In this document: positions 10,516 through 19,670 of the stretch, piece after piece
Layout of the letters: every line of letters starts with the position of its first letter
How positions within the stretch are numbered: position 1 is the first letter of the stretch
DNA from: a virus
Reading direction: 5' to 3' (one strand)
Length of the DNA: 64,000 nucleotides
Virus record (IMG/VR): IMGVR_UViG_3300042884_001120
Coordinates: 90,361-154,360 of that record
Notes under the pieces: model-generated
Told to the model about the DNA's origin: nothing
What the model saw: only the letters and a program-made list of their open reading frames with translations
Database searches by the model: none
Position numbers and translations under genes: made by a program

Positions 10516-11090
10516 TTTAGTCTTTTTACGAAGTTTTCAAGCATACTAGAAAAGTATGGCACGGGCTTAAAACCCGTACTCCTTACACTTTTTTCGGATT
10601 GTGCTCCAGAGCCAGATCTTGATTTATTATATTTACCATAAAGATACTGACCCAAGCCAGATATTGATCTTTCTACATCATACAACCAACTCCTACCAGC
10701 CTCCCAAGGCATTTTAGTAACCGCTTCAAACTCTGACTTTGCAGGAATTTTAACGGCAAAAGTAAATATACCACTATCACTCGCCTTGAGGAATTTGCCC
10801 AATGTTATTTGACTTATTAGTTCACGAACTGGTTGTACGGGATTTGATTCTCTATTAAAACCTATAAATGAAAATAAATTTCCTATCCCACCCAAAGTGC
10901 CCGAAGAATTTGAAGTATCTGGGCCAGCCTGAATTTCCTTTGTAACTGGATGATCATTAAAGTCTTTTTGTAAATTGTTTTTATTTTCTGCAACAATTTT
11001 CTCTGCTTGTGTCTGTATATATGCCCTAAGTTCCTTATCGGAAAAAATTTCCCTATTAAGTTGCTTGAGATTTATCGTACCCTTTGCCAT
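10512..11090 (-). CDS. putative tail completion/neck protein
   Basis: 192-aa basic ORF ending KPVPYFSSML (HK97 gp10-like ending); overlapping start/stop coupling. Confidence 0.45.
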   Translation of the reverse strand: MAKGTINLKQLNREIFSDKELRAYIQTQAEKIVAENKNNLQKDFNDHPVTKEIQAGPDTSNSSGTLGGIGNLFSFIGFNRESNPVQPVRELISQITLGKFLKASDSGIFTFAVKIPAKSEFEAVTKMPWEAGRSWLYDVERSISGLGQYLYGKYNKSRSGSGAQSEKSVRSTGFKPVPYFSSMLENFVKRLK

Positions 11091-11527
11091 TATAGTGACT
11101 CCTCTAAATATAAAGTATAGAAATCACCAGTAAATAGACCATGTGATTTACCTATTTTATTTGCACTAACTAAACTAAATGCCCTGCCATCTATTTCTAT
11201 TTTTTCCGCACCACTTATATAGGCAACAGCATCGGCCTGAACTTTGATTCTGCAAGTATTTCCAAGTATGTTTTCTCTTATATCTTTTTGGTCGTGTGTA
11301 ATAGCTTGGTCACTCCACTTTATGCGCGCATTAAAGATGCCACTTGATGGAACAAAAGACTGGTCAATATCTGGCTGTTCTTGATATAAAAAATTATAGT
11401 TTTGAGTTGTGGATATAATTGTCCTATTTGGTATTTTCCATACGATAATAGGCCTAGAAAAAGTATCATGTATATTAACAAATACTTGACTATATGCATT
11501 TTTTTCGCCCAGTGTTAATAAATCCAT
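11090..11527 (-). CDS. putative head closure protein
   Basis: 145-aa beta-rich ORF in connector position. Confidence 0.45.
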   Translation of the reverse strand: MDLLTLGEKNAYSQVFVNIHDTFSRPIIVWKIPNRTIISTTQNYNFLYQEQPDIDQSFVPSSGIFNARIKWSDQAITHDQKDIRENILGNTCRIKVQADAVAYISGAEKIEIDGRAFSLVSANKIGKSHGLFTGDFYTLYLEESL

Positions 11528-11528
11528 A

Positions 11529-12068
11529 CTAATATAATTCCCTATAATAATTTCTATTATATTCTACAATAACATAATTATTTAAAGCCACTGTATCGTC
11601 CCCAACCACCTGATTTGGAGTAGCTTCATACTTTAGATACATTTTTACAGATTTATCTAAATTCTGCTTGGTGTCGGACGCAATACCCCTGAGAGTTTTA
11701 CTGACTTCATTTTTATTTACGCGACTTATTCTACTATCTCCCTCCGCAAGCGATGTCCAGTCTCCAGCCGCTGTGCTAGCGCTAATTGCCGTGTCTCTAG
11801 CCAGTTGTGAATAATAATTATATTCAAATACTAAAGAATAAATTGCTAACTCATTATTGCCCGGCTGTGGGGTTATTGCATATCCAGTTACCCCAGTTAC
11901 TCCAGTTATATATTCTGAAATATAATTTGTCCCAATTAGGTTATTTAGTTTACCTAAATTTGAATTATCCAACACCCATCCACTTACTCTACTTAAAGAA
12001 TAAGCGGTAGGTTCCCCAATCTGCCCATAAATACTATTTACAAAGTTGTCTAAATAATTATTGCTCAC
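11529..12068 (-). CDS. putative head-tail adaptor
   Basis: 179 aa; SLAEGDSRIS resembles adaptor beta-hairpin motif; synteny. Confidence 0.5.
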   Translation of the reverse strand: MSNNYLDNFVNSIYGQIGEPTAYSLSRVSGWVLDNSNLGKLNNLIGTNYISEYITGVTGVTGYAITPQPGNNELAIYSLVFEYNYYSQLARDTAISASTAAGDWTSLAEGDSRISRVNKNEVSKTLRGIASDTKQNLDKSVKMYLKYEATPNQVVGDDTVALNNYVIVEYNRNYYRELY

Positions 12069-12097
12069 ATACTATTTTACACATAATATCGTTGCAA

Positions 12098-12472
12098 TCA
12101 CGCACCTTCTCTAAGTATCTTTTGCGCTCTTTGGTTAATATCGTTAATTGTCTTAGATAGCCCACCAATATCGTGTGGAGTCATACGAGTATTCCAGCGT
12201 TCAAATTCCGTACATAGCCTTGAAATTAAAACCCTGCGATCTTCTATTGGAACTAATCCAATTTTATAGGCATGAGTCTGCAAATCTGTTTGATTCATTT
12301 CGGAAATCTGATTTTTATAATCTTCTATATTTGTAACTGAATACAAGGACAAGCACTCACCCATAATCGAATCTAAAGAACCAGCAATCTGAACTTGTGG
12401 TTTCTCATCGCACTTTCCATCTAGTTGTGCCTGTTTATCTAGTTTTACGGAGTTCTTTTTAGTTTTGCTCAT
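12098..12472 (-). CDS. hypothetical protein
   Basis: likely start MSKTKK at 12472; follows capsid terminator. Confidence 0.6.
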   Translation of the reverse strand: MSKTKKNSVKLDKQAQLDGKCDEKPQVQIAGSLDSIMGECLSLYSVTNIEDYKNQISEMNQTDLQTHAYKIGLVPIEDRRVLISRLCTEFERWNTRMTPHDIGGLSKTINDINQRAQKILREGA

Positions 12473-12515
12473 ATATATTATTAACTGATTAATATTAATT
12501 ATCAATTTTAATTAC

Positions 12516-12552
12516 AAAAGAAAAAGCCGCCATTTCTGGCGGCTTTTCTTTG
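12516..12552 (-). terminator. intrinsic terminator after major capsid gene
   Basis: AAAAGCCGCCA-TTTC-TGGCGGCTTTT hairpin with A/T tracts on both sides. Confidence 0.85.
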
Positions 12553-12570
12553 ATAGTTGTTTAAGTCTTA

Positions 12571-13680
12571 TTAGACGATTAAACCGCAAACTGCACGAGC
12601 GTCAGTTACTACACGGCCCTCTTCAACATAACTGTAGAAGCCAACCTTCTGACTGCGAGCTAGGAACTGGTCATCAGGAAGAACCTTAACCTGTCCACGT
12701 GTCTCACTCTGGATGGAAACTGGGCGTAAGAAAGCGTTACGTGTGGAATCCACACCAACGATTACCTGACTTGTGGATCCATTGAAAGTACTTCCACCGT
12801 AGGAAGTTCCACCAGCGAAGGCGGCGAATAGATCGTTGTACTTACGTCCAACACCTAGTTCTAGTAACTCATGGATTGTAACACCAAAGATCTCACTTGT
12901 TCCAGCACTGCGATAGATTTCCTCACGGATACTATCAGGTAGTGCAATGGCTGTGTTACTCTGTGTGGATCCAGTAGAACCAGTACGAGTATTCATTGGC
13001 TGATAAGCAAACCCACGGATCTGCTCCTTGACCTCTGGACTTACGAATAAGTCTGTTAGACCACGACTCTGTAGTGCGGAAGGTGTTCCACCAGTGTAGG
13101 CGGCATTCAATCTACGAACTAGTGTCCATAGCTTGTTCATGTCGTCTAGCTGATATGTACCAGCTGTTCCAGTGCGGATGATGTGCTTCTGGGACTGAGT
13201 AGAAGCCTCGGCAAGAGCCTTAAGGACAACTGCCCACGCATTACGCTCCTGCTTAACAAGAAGCTCGTTGGCCATACGCTCTAATCCAGCTGCAACAACG
13301 TCTAAACGTGCTCTGCGGACATAACGCTTCTCCATGGAGATTGCGCTATCTAAGCGATATGTACTAACCTTCATCTCCTGAGTGCCCTGTACGAAGTTAG
13401 TTGGTAGGCCACCACCGACTGTCTGACTCCAGACACTAATGGTTCCTTCCTGTGCTCCATAGTATAGATCTAGAGGGATTGATGGAGAATCATCTTCATC
13501 AAACTCAATATCACGATAAATAGCGCTAGCAGTACCAGTCTGTAGTAGCACTTGCTGAACTACCTGACTAATGAAAGCTGCGAAAGCTTCCTGAGCCTCT
13601 AGGGCTGTTGATTTATTGTCCGAGGCAAGAGCCTTGATTAGCTCAACCTGTTCTGGATTTTTTTCGAATTGGATTTTCAT
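12571..13680 (-). CDS. major capsid protein
   Basis: 369 aa, biased codon usage, after protease/scaffold and decoration gene, strong terminator; HK97-like C-terminal end (VGFYSYVEEGRVVTDARAV). Confidence 0.8.
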   Translation of the reverse strand: MKIQFEKNPEQVELIKALASDNKSTALEAQEAFAAFISQVVQQVLLQTGTASAIYRDIEFDEDDSPSIPLDLYYGAQEGTISVWSQTVGGGLPTNFVQGTQEMKVSTYRLDSAISMEKRYVRRARLDVVAAGLERMANELLVKQERNAWAVVLKALAEASTQSQKHIIRTGTAGTYQLDDMNKLWTLVRRLNAAYTGGTPSALQSRGLTDLFVSPEVKEQIRGFAYQPMNTRTGSTGSTQSNTAIALPDSIREEIYRSAGTSEIFGVTIHELLELGVGRKYNDLFAAFAGGTSYGGSTFNGSTSQVIVGVDSTRNAFLRPVSIQSETRGQVKVLPDDQFLARSQKVGFYSYVEEGRVVTDARAVCGLIV

Positions 13681-13699
13681 ATTTTTAAATTTTTAGATA

Positions 13700-14236
13700 T
13701 TATAGCTCGATTTTTAGAAGAGCGAAACCTTCGTCATTCTTAGGGCCAAGGAACTTACCTACAGTTGCATTACCATAAGTAACAACCTTGATCTCGCCAT
13801 TTCCGGAATCGGAAACTGCTGCTCCACTGCCGAAAGCTGGTGTTCCAACGACGGGGCCAACTAGTACAACACCCTTTGTTAGAATTGGGGCTGCCTGTCC
13901 ACTAATAATTACGTCCATTTCAGCGGCCTTACGGGGCTTAAATAGAAGTTTTTCGCCATTTTCATCAACGCTACGAACGTCCTTTAGAAGAAGACCAACA
14001 ATCTGGCCCTTTGCTGCGCCAGATGGTGCTGGAGAAACTGTCCAAGGAACTCCTAGGTGGGATGAAACGCTATTTCCAAATACGGAAATGTTATCAACTA
14101 AAGTTGAATCTTTGAGGTTAATACCCTGTCCATCGGCTACGACGACAGTGCCCTTATCGACACTTGCGCCAGAGACAGCGAATAGGTTAATAACATCGTG
14201 TTCACTATAATCACGGAATGGTTTTAAGTTACTCAT
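13700..14236 (-). CDS. putative capsid decoration/cement protein
   Basis: 178-aa Gly/Val-rich beta protein between scaffold and MCP. Confidence 0.55.
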   Translation of the reverse strand: MSNLKPFRDYSEHDVINLFAVSGASVDKGTVVVADGQGINLKDSTLVDNISVFGNSVSSHLGVPWTVSPAPSGAAKGQIVGLLLKDVRSVDENGEKLLFKPRKAAEMDVIISGQAAPILTKGVVLVGPVVGTPAFGSGAAVSDSGNGEIKVVTYGNATVGKFLGPKNDEGFALLKIEL

Positions 14237-14267
14237 ATGTTTTTGTTTAAATTTTTGTTAGATATAA

Positions 14268-15980
14268 TTATCTATTGATCTTTACACTATTTTTATTGAA
14301 AGCGGCACTTATTTTTTCAACTAAGCTAATTTCTTGTGTGCTAGATGTGTTTGGGATGATTTGTTTCTCTTCTTTTACCGAAGAAACAATCTCTTCAACA
14401 GACTTCTCTTCTGATGGAGACTCTTCGGTTTCTACAACAACAGCTTCTTCAGCGACCTCTTTGGCGGGAGCTTCAACAGCAGCTTCTTCCTCAACGGTAC
14501 TAGCAACTACTTCTACTGTTTTATTTGTTTTTTTCTTAGCGGAAGCGATTGTGCTGAATTTGTTATACCACTTCTCGAAAGCCTCGTCATTCTCGATAGC
14601 ATGTAAATCTTCTGCAATAATTTCACGATCCTCGTTGGATAGATTAAACTCTTCATCAACAAGCGACATACGACGCTGGAAAGTTGCTTCAATTTCCTGA
14701 GCCTTGATAGCGTCCTGCATGGAATTGAATTCTTCTTTAAGCTTTTCGCTCTCAGTCTTCATCGCTTCTATCTCGCCCTTAAGCATGTTAACTTTTTCTT
14801 CGGCATTAACTAGTGCGTTATCTTTTTCTTCTACTTTGGATTGCCAATCTTTTGAAAGGTCAGCAATACTATTAGAAATAAATTCACGAACTGCGCTTGC
14901 AGAAACTTCCTTAATGGAATCTTCTGTGATGTCTTCAATCTTATTAATTTGCATAGTACTTTTTACATCATAATTATCACAAGGGACACTTTTTTTATTA
15001 ATTTCATTCTCTTGATTTTCATTTTTATTATTAGCGTCTTCTTCTACTATCTCAATTTCTTGCTTATCATAGGAAATAACTACACCCTTAACTTCCGCTG
15101 CCGGGTTGTTAGTGAAGCCTATTCCTAATGGCAATACTGTTCCTTGTAGATTCAGTAAAAGTAAATTACCGTCCTCATCTGAACCCTTTCCACCAAAGAC
15201 TCTTAAAGAATCTTTTATTTTTAAAATTTCTTCCTCATCGTCTATTATATAGGCTTCAGCCAAATTCTTGCTTCCTTTAGCTATATTAAACTCGTTAAAA
15301 CCAAGCTCCCAACTAGCACTAACCGATAGATAGTCTGTAGAGCTTGGGTCACTGCTCTTAACAAGTTCTTCCGCAAACTCTGGATTAACAATTTTCCATA
15401 CATAGCCAGAAAGAACTACGTTGAAAGGTTCTTTACTTGCAGATACCTGTTCAAGAGTTAATGGATTGCTAGTACCAAATTCACTAAAACCATAACCAGT
15501 ACAAAAACCTACAACAGTTTTTCTATTATGTTCAATATTAAAAGGCTTATTAACAAAATTTTCAACCATAGCTAGTGCTACTTCTGTACTAATTATATGA
15601 CCATTTTTGTTACCACGATTTACAACAAATGCGTCAAAAGCTACGCCCATTAAGTCTTTATTTATATCCAAATCAACTTTTTGTGGCAGATATGATTTTA
15701 ATTGATCAATAGATGCTACAGCTAAATACTTATCTTCCTCAAATGGAACCATTGCCTGTACTATAATGCCATCAAACTTTACTTGGTATTTAAATTTATC
15801 CATGTTAAAATTTACACTGTCTGCCTGAATATGCGCAATATTTTTTAATTTACGATTTACTAATAATTCATTATTTGCATTATTTGCAAATTCAAATGCA
15901 CATAAATTAGTTTTACTACCGGGCCTGTATTCTAGATCAGAATAATCGAAACCTGTTTGCGCTTTTTCTTCTATTATCAT
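14268..15980 (-). CDS. prohead protease / scaffold fusion
   Basis: N-terminal domain with NKNG, FNIEH, SASWE motifs (S78-like); acidic coiled-coil C-terminus. Confidence 0.7.
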   Translation of the reverse strand: MIIEEKAQTGFDYSDLEYRPGSKTNLCAFEFANNANNELLVNRKLKNIAHIQADSVNFNMDKFKYQVKFDGIIVQAMVPFEEDKYLAVASIDQLKSYLPQKVDLDINKDLMGVAFDAFVVNRGNKNGHIISTEVALAMVENFVNKPFNIEHNRKTVVGFCTGYGFSEFGTSNPLTLEQVSASKEPFNVVLSGYVWKIVNPEFAEELVKSSDPSSTDYLSVSASWELGFNEFNIAKGSKNLAEAYIIDDEEEILKIKDSLRVFGGKGSDEDGNLLLLNLQGTVLPLGIGFTNNPAAEVKGVVISYDKQEIEIVEEDANNKNENQENEINKKSVPCDNYDVKSTMQINKIEDITEDSIKEVSASAVREFISNSIADLSKDWQSKVEEKDNALVNAEEKVNMLKGEIEAMKTESEKLKEEFNSMQDAIKAQEIEATFQRRMSLVDEEFNLSNEDREIIAEDLHAIENDEAFEKWYNKFSTIASAKKKTNKTVEVVASTVEEEAAVEAPAKEVAEEAVVVETEESPSEEKSVEEIVSSVKEEKQIIPNTSSTQEISLVEKISAAFNKNSVKINR

Positions 15981-16016
15981 ATATTTATATTATAAATTTT
16001 TACAAATAAAAACAAA

Positions 16017-16631
16017 TTAATTTATACAGGAAAGGATTAAATTTGACTCTGCATCGCGTCTTTCCAATAGGCCATCTAGCCCCCTGTCCTTCCATATACG
16101 TTTCATTTTTTGAAACTCAAGGGCAATACTTCTATAATCCTTTTTCGGCACAAGGATTTTTATTTCCCTCATTTCCCTACGACTATCACCAGTTAAGCTA
16201 GACCCACGGTTAAAAACTAATGAGACAATTGCACCATACGCATTATCACATAGCTTATCTAGTTCTGGGAAAGCTCTTTCGGCAAGCTTGGCAAACTTAG
16301 GCCAAATAAGATCATTAAAAATATCTACAGCTTGATCCCAAGTTATAATTATACCACTATTTTTATATTGATTTGTATACTCCTTACCGGCTAGCCCCTT
16401 TTTGCCAGACGCGCCTTTAACAATGTCTAATTGCTTTTTAGGTAAAAAATTAAATATCTTTTCTAGCTCTGCGGGAGTATAGTAACCACAATCCACTCCT
16501 ATACCAAGCGTCATGCCGCTTGCGCCACCGGGCCACGTTGGCTTGGCTAAAAACCTATCGTAATACGACTTACCACCCCCTACTTCGTACTTCAATATTA
16601 AATCTAGTGCTTTTGGTGAAGGTTTTTTCAT
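16017..16631 (-). CDS. endolysin, pesticin/T4-lysozyme-like muramidase
   Basis: LILKYE...WPGGASGMTLGIGVDCG...VSLVFNRG...GLLERRDAE motifs. Confidence 0.8.
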   Translation of the reverse strand: MKKPSPKALDLILKYEVGGGKSYYDRFLAKPTWPGGASGMTLGIGVDCGYYTPAELEKIFNFLPKKQLDIVKGASGKKGLAGKEYTNQYKNSGIIITWDQAVDIFNDLIWPKFAKLAERAFPELDKLCDNAYGAIVSLVFNRGSSLTGDSRREMREIKILVPKKDYRSIALEFQKMKRIWKDRGLDGLLERRDAESNLILSCIN

Positions 16632-17065
16632 ATTAATATCTCAGAAATATCGTAATCATCTTCTTTTGTATTATGCGTCAGAATAACTTCTTTCTTTTCA
16701 ACCACAATCTCTCCCCTTACCTCTGCATTAGAAGCACTGTTATATTTTAAATCAACAACAGCTTCAACACCAAGGTACGAAGCAATGATAATGGCAAATA
16801 TTTCTATAGTTTTAGAAAATAAGGTAACAAAGGCCGCCACATGTTCAGGCATTCTTATTGCAAGAAGTATTGCAACACTAGAATAATATAAAGCAGCTAA
16901 CATTAATATTGAGGTAAATATAACAAAGAATTTTTTTGAAGAAAGATGGTTAGTCTCTTCCATTTTTTGTTTTAAATAATCAGGAGTATTTGGGGGCACC
17001 TTACCATTTTGTAGAAAAGCGCTAGCCGACCTTGCAATACCCGTAATATTTTCAAATAAGCGCAT
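16628..17065 (-). CDS. putative holin
   Basis: two hydrophobic segments, SSKKF before TM1, overlaps endolysin start. Confidence 0.6.
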   Translation of the reverse strand: MRLFENITGIARSASAFLQNGKVPPNTPDYLKQKMEETNHLSSKKFFVIFTSILMLAALYYSSVAILLAIRMPEHVAAFVTLFSKTIEIFAIIIASYLGVEAVVDLKYNSASNAEVRGEIVVEKKEVILTHNTKEDDYDISEILI

Positions 17066-17066
17066 A

Positions 17067-17651
17067 TTAAAATAATCTAAATCCGCTATTCATTCTAATA
17101 TAGATATATCCACCAATTGCTGCAATAAGAACTGCAATAATAATATTTCTCCAAAGTATAGCTAAGTCTTTCTCTAGCAATTTCTTTTGCATAACATTAA
17201 GATCCCTTACCATCTTATTTTGCATTTCCTGTTGCTTTGTACGTTCAGCATCAAACTCACTTCTAGCCCTTGTTAAAATTTCATTATCTTTCTTTAATTG
17301 AACAGCAATATCTTTATCCTTTAACAGGTTATCATATTCTGTGGAGTTAACTACTACTACTTTATCACTTTTATACTGCTCTGGAACAATTACAATTCTC
17401 TGTTTTGAATCATTTACCTGTATAGGATTTTGATAAATAGCACTAATTCCAATTCTTTTTTTAGGTGGATTAATTAACTTTACAGTTTCGTTAATATAAC
17501 TTTCAGCTAAATCAATTCTAGCCAAATCAATAGAATCTTTGGTAGCATAAACAGATTGGCTTACTGCCTCTGTTTGCTTTTCGGTATAAACTGTACAGCC
17601 ACTTAGTACAAATATACTTAATATAATTAATATATTAAATGCTATTCTCAT
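17067..17651 (-). CDS. putative unimolecular spanin (lipoprotein with C-terminal TM helix)
   Basis: lipobox LSG|C at residue 19, coiled coil, C-terminal hydrophobic helix; adjacent to holin and endolysin. Confidence 0.6.
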   Translation of the reverse strand: MRIAFNILIILSIFVLSGCTVYTEKQTEAVSQSVYATKDSIDLARIDLAESYINETVKLINPPKKRIGISAIYQNPIQVNDSKQRIVIVPEQYKSDKVVVVNSTEYDNLLKDKDIAVQLKKDNEILTRARSEFDAERTKQQEMQNKMVRDLNVMQKKLLEKDLAILWRNIIIAVLIAAIGGYIYIRMNSGFRLF

Positions 17652-17684
17652 ATTATGATTTACACATAATATTAATAACTTTAA

Positions 17685-19634
17685 CTATTCTATTTCGCTG
17701 TGTAGTAAAAGTATAGCTGTTTTACGATCAACCGAATGTTTTTGAGATATCTCATCAACCTTAGTCATATTATCCGTAACCTTGACTGGGTTATTGATAT
17801 AAGACGCGATGCTCTCATTCCATTTATCTGGAGTTTCATTTGTTGCAATGGTCTCAGCAACTTCTTTAATTATATTTTTTTGCTCTTTAGATAACTTATT
17901 TTTCTTATAAGACTTCTTGAGGGAGTCTTCGATACTGGAAATAAGTGAATCAAATTTAACTAGATTCTCTGCTAATTTTTTTGCACTTAATTTTGACTGC
18001 TGTTTTTCTTCACTGCTTCCGCCAATTTTACCTATTCTGTTTGTAATTTTAGGCGTACCTGTACCCGCTGGTCTACCGGGCATATTATTGGCTACCTTAG
18101 ATTTTTTTTCTTCTGGCTTACCACTAGAGCCAGTCTGTTGCACCTTATTTAGTAGTGGCTGATACAAGCCCTGATCTTGAAGTTCTACAAATTTTTTCTG
18201 AGACTCAATGCTCTCTTCGGGTAACGGAAGCCTACCAGTTTCAATTGCAGTTATTCCTTCCTCTGGAGTTAATGCCCCCAACTCAACAAGTCTTGTATAT
18301 ATACGAGTAAGATTTGCGTCATCTCTAAAATCCGAATCTGTAAATCTAGCAGTAGGTATAGATTTAAACCCTAATTTTTTACCAATATCTTTCATTTCTG
18401 GTACAAGAAATTGATTTAAAAACGCCTCTCTAGCATGTTTTAATCTGGACAAAAATACTTCTACCTTTGTGCTAGTATTCGAATATTTTTCATCACCAAC
18501 TAGTACGTTATTTAGTCCGTATCTAATATCTCTATCAACAACTTCATATTTTTTAGGATCTAGTATTTGACCAATTTCTGGTATGACAAATTTTATATTA
18601 GTAGTATAATCAGTTACTAAAATACGACCCACACTTTCATTTTCGAAAATTTTTCTTAAATTTACTATCTGCTCTTTACTTGGCATTCCAACCTCGTCGT
18701 TACCCATTGTAACCAATAAGATGGCCTGTTGTACGGTTCGGCTAATTGCCATGTCAATATTTTTTAATTCCTGTTTCCAGTTAATATCCTCAAGAACGGG
18801 GAAACCCATTGGCACACTGAATGGCTCGTAGTCTTGTTTTTTATAAAAAACCGCCTTCACGCGACTAGGATCTAAATTAAACATTAGAAACTGATTTCCC
18901 TGATTCATTTTTCCACCCTGACGTATTTCTCCGAATTCTTTTATTTTTTGAGCTAATTCCTTATCCTCATCCGTTTGTGGATTAGTCATTACCTGTATTT
19001 CAAAATCATTTAATACTTTTACGTAACGCGGACTCACAAAAGATGCCGAACCAATAGATTGAATATCAGCTGGGTTTAATACTATATATCTTATAGGAAT
19101 ATCCTGATTTTGGGCAGCTAGAATTTCACTGATCTGCATCATATCATCTTTACTGAACTCTGCATTTAATTTATACAAAAATACGTTTCCACTACGGAAA
19201 AACTCCCTGAAAAACATATCCTGTAATTTCCATAGGTTAACTCTTTCACCCCAAGCTTTAAAAAATTTGAGTGATTGCGAGTTTCCACCAGTAAAATATA
19301 TTGACGAACATGTAAAATCCGTCATTAAGTCAATTGTATTTCTAAAAATTGAAAAATTATAATAAGCCTTTTGACAAAGAATAATAGCATCACGAATACT
19401 TACTGTAGAAGTGTACTTGCCGAGACCACCACCATAAGCGAATGGTATAACACCACCTTCTATATTTGCATACTTATCAGTACGGGCAATAGTAGATGCC
19501 GCGTTTCTGCGAACGGTGGAACCCACTTCACCACGAGAAGAGGCCGCAATTTCTATATTTTTTTTATTACCATTACTGGAACCCTCGATTATCTGTGGTT
19601 CTGGAAAAGATAAATTTTTCGCCTTATTGCTCAT
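17685..19634 (-). CDS. portal protein
   Basis: 649 aa directly after TerL; FRNTIDLM, FFRSGNVF and GRP motifs typical of portals. Confidence 0.8.
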   Translation of the reverse strand: MSNKAKNLSFPEPQIIEGSSNGNKKNIEIAASSRGEVGSTVRRNAASTIARTDKYANIEGGVIPFAYGGGLGKYTSTVSIRDAIILCQKAYYNFSIFRNTIDLMTDFTCSSIYFTGGNSQSLKFFKAWGERVNLWKLQDMFFREFFRSGNVFLYKLNAEFSKDDMMQISEILAAQNQDIPIRYIVLNPADIQSIGSASFVSPRYVKVLNDFEIQVMTNPQTDEDKELAQKIKEFGEIRQGGKMNQGNQFLMFNLDPSRVKAVFYKKQDYEPFSVPMGFPVLEDINWKQELKNIDMAISRTVQQAILLVTMGNDEVGMPSKEQIVNLRKIFENESVGRILVTDYTTNIKFVIPEIGQILDPKKYEVVDRDIRYGLNNVLVGDEKYSNTSTKVEVFLSRLKHAREAFLNQFLVPEMKDIGKKLGFKSIPTARFTDSDFRDDANLTRIYTRLVELGALTPEEGITAIETGRLPLPEESIESQKKFVELQDQGLYQPLLNKVQQTGSSGKPEEKKSKVANNMPGRPAGTGTPKITNRIGKIGGSSEEKQQSKLSAKKLAENLVKFDSLISSIEDSLKKSYKKNKLSKEQKNIIKEVAETIATNETPDKWNESIASYINNPVKVTDNMTKVDEISQKHSVDRKTAILLLHSEIE

Positions 19635-19670
19635 ATTTTATTATAAAGATTAATTACACCAAAATCTGTT

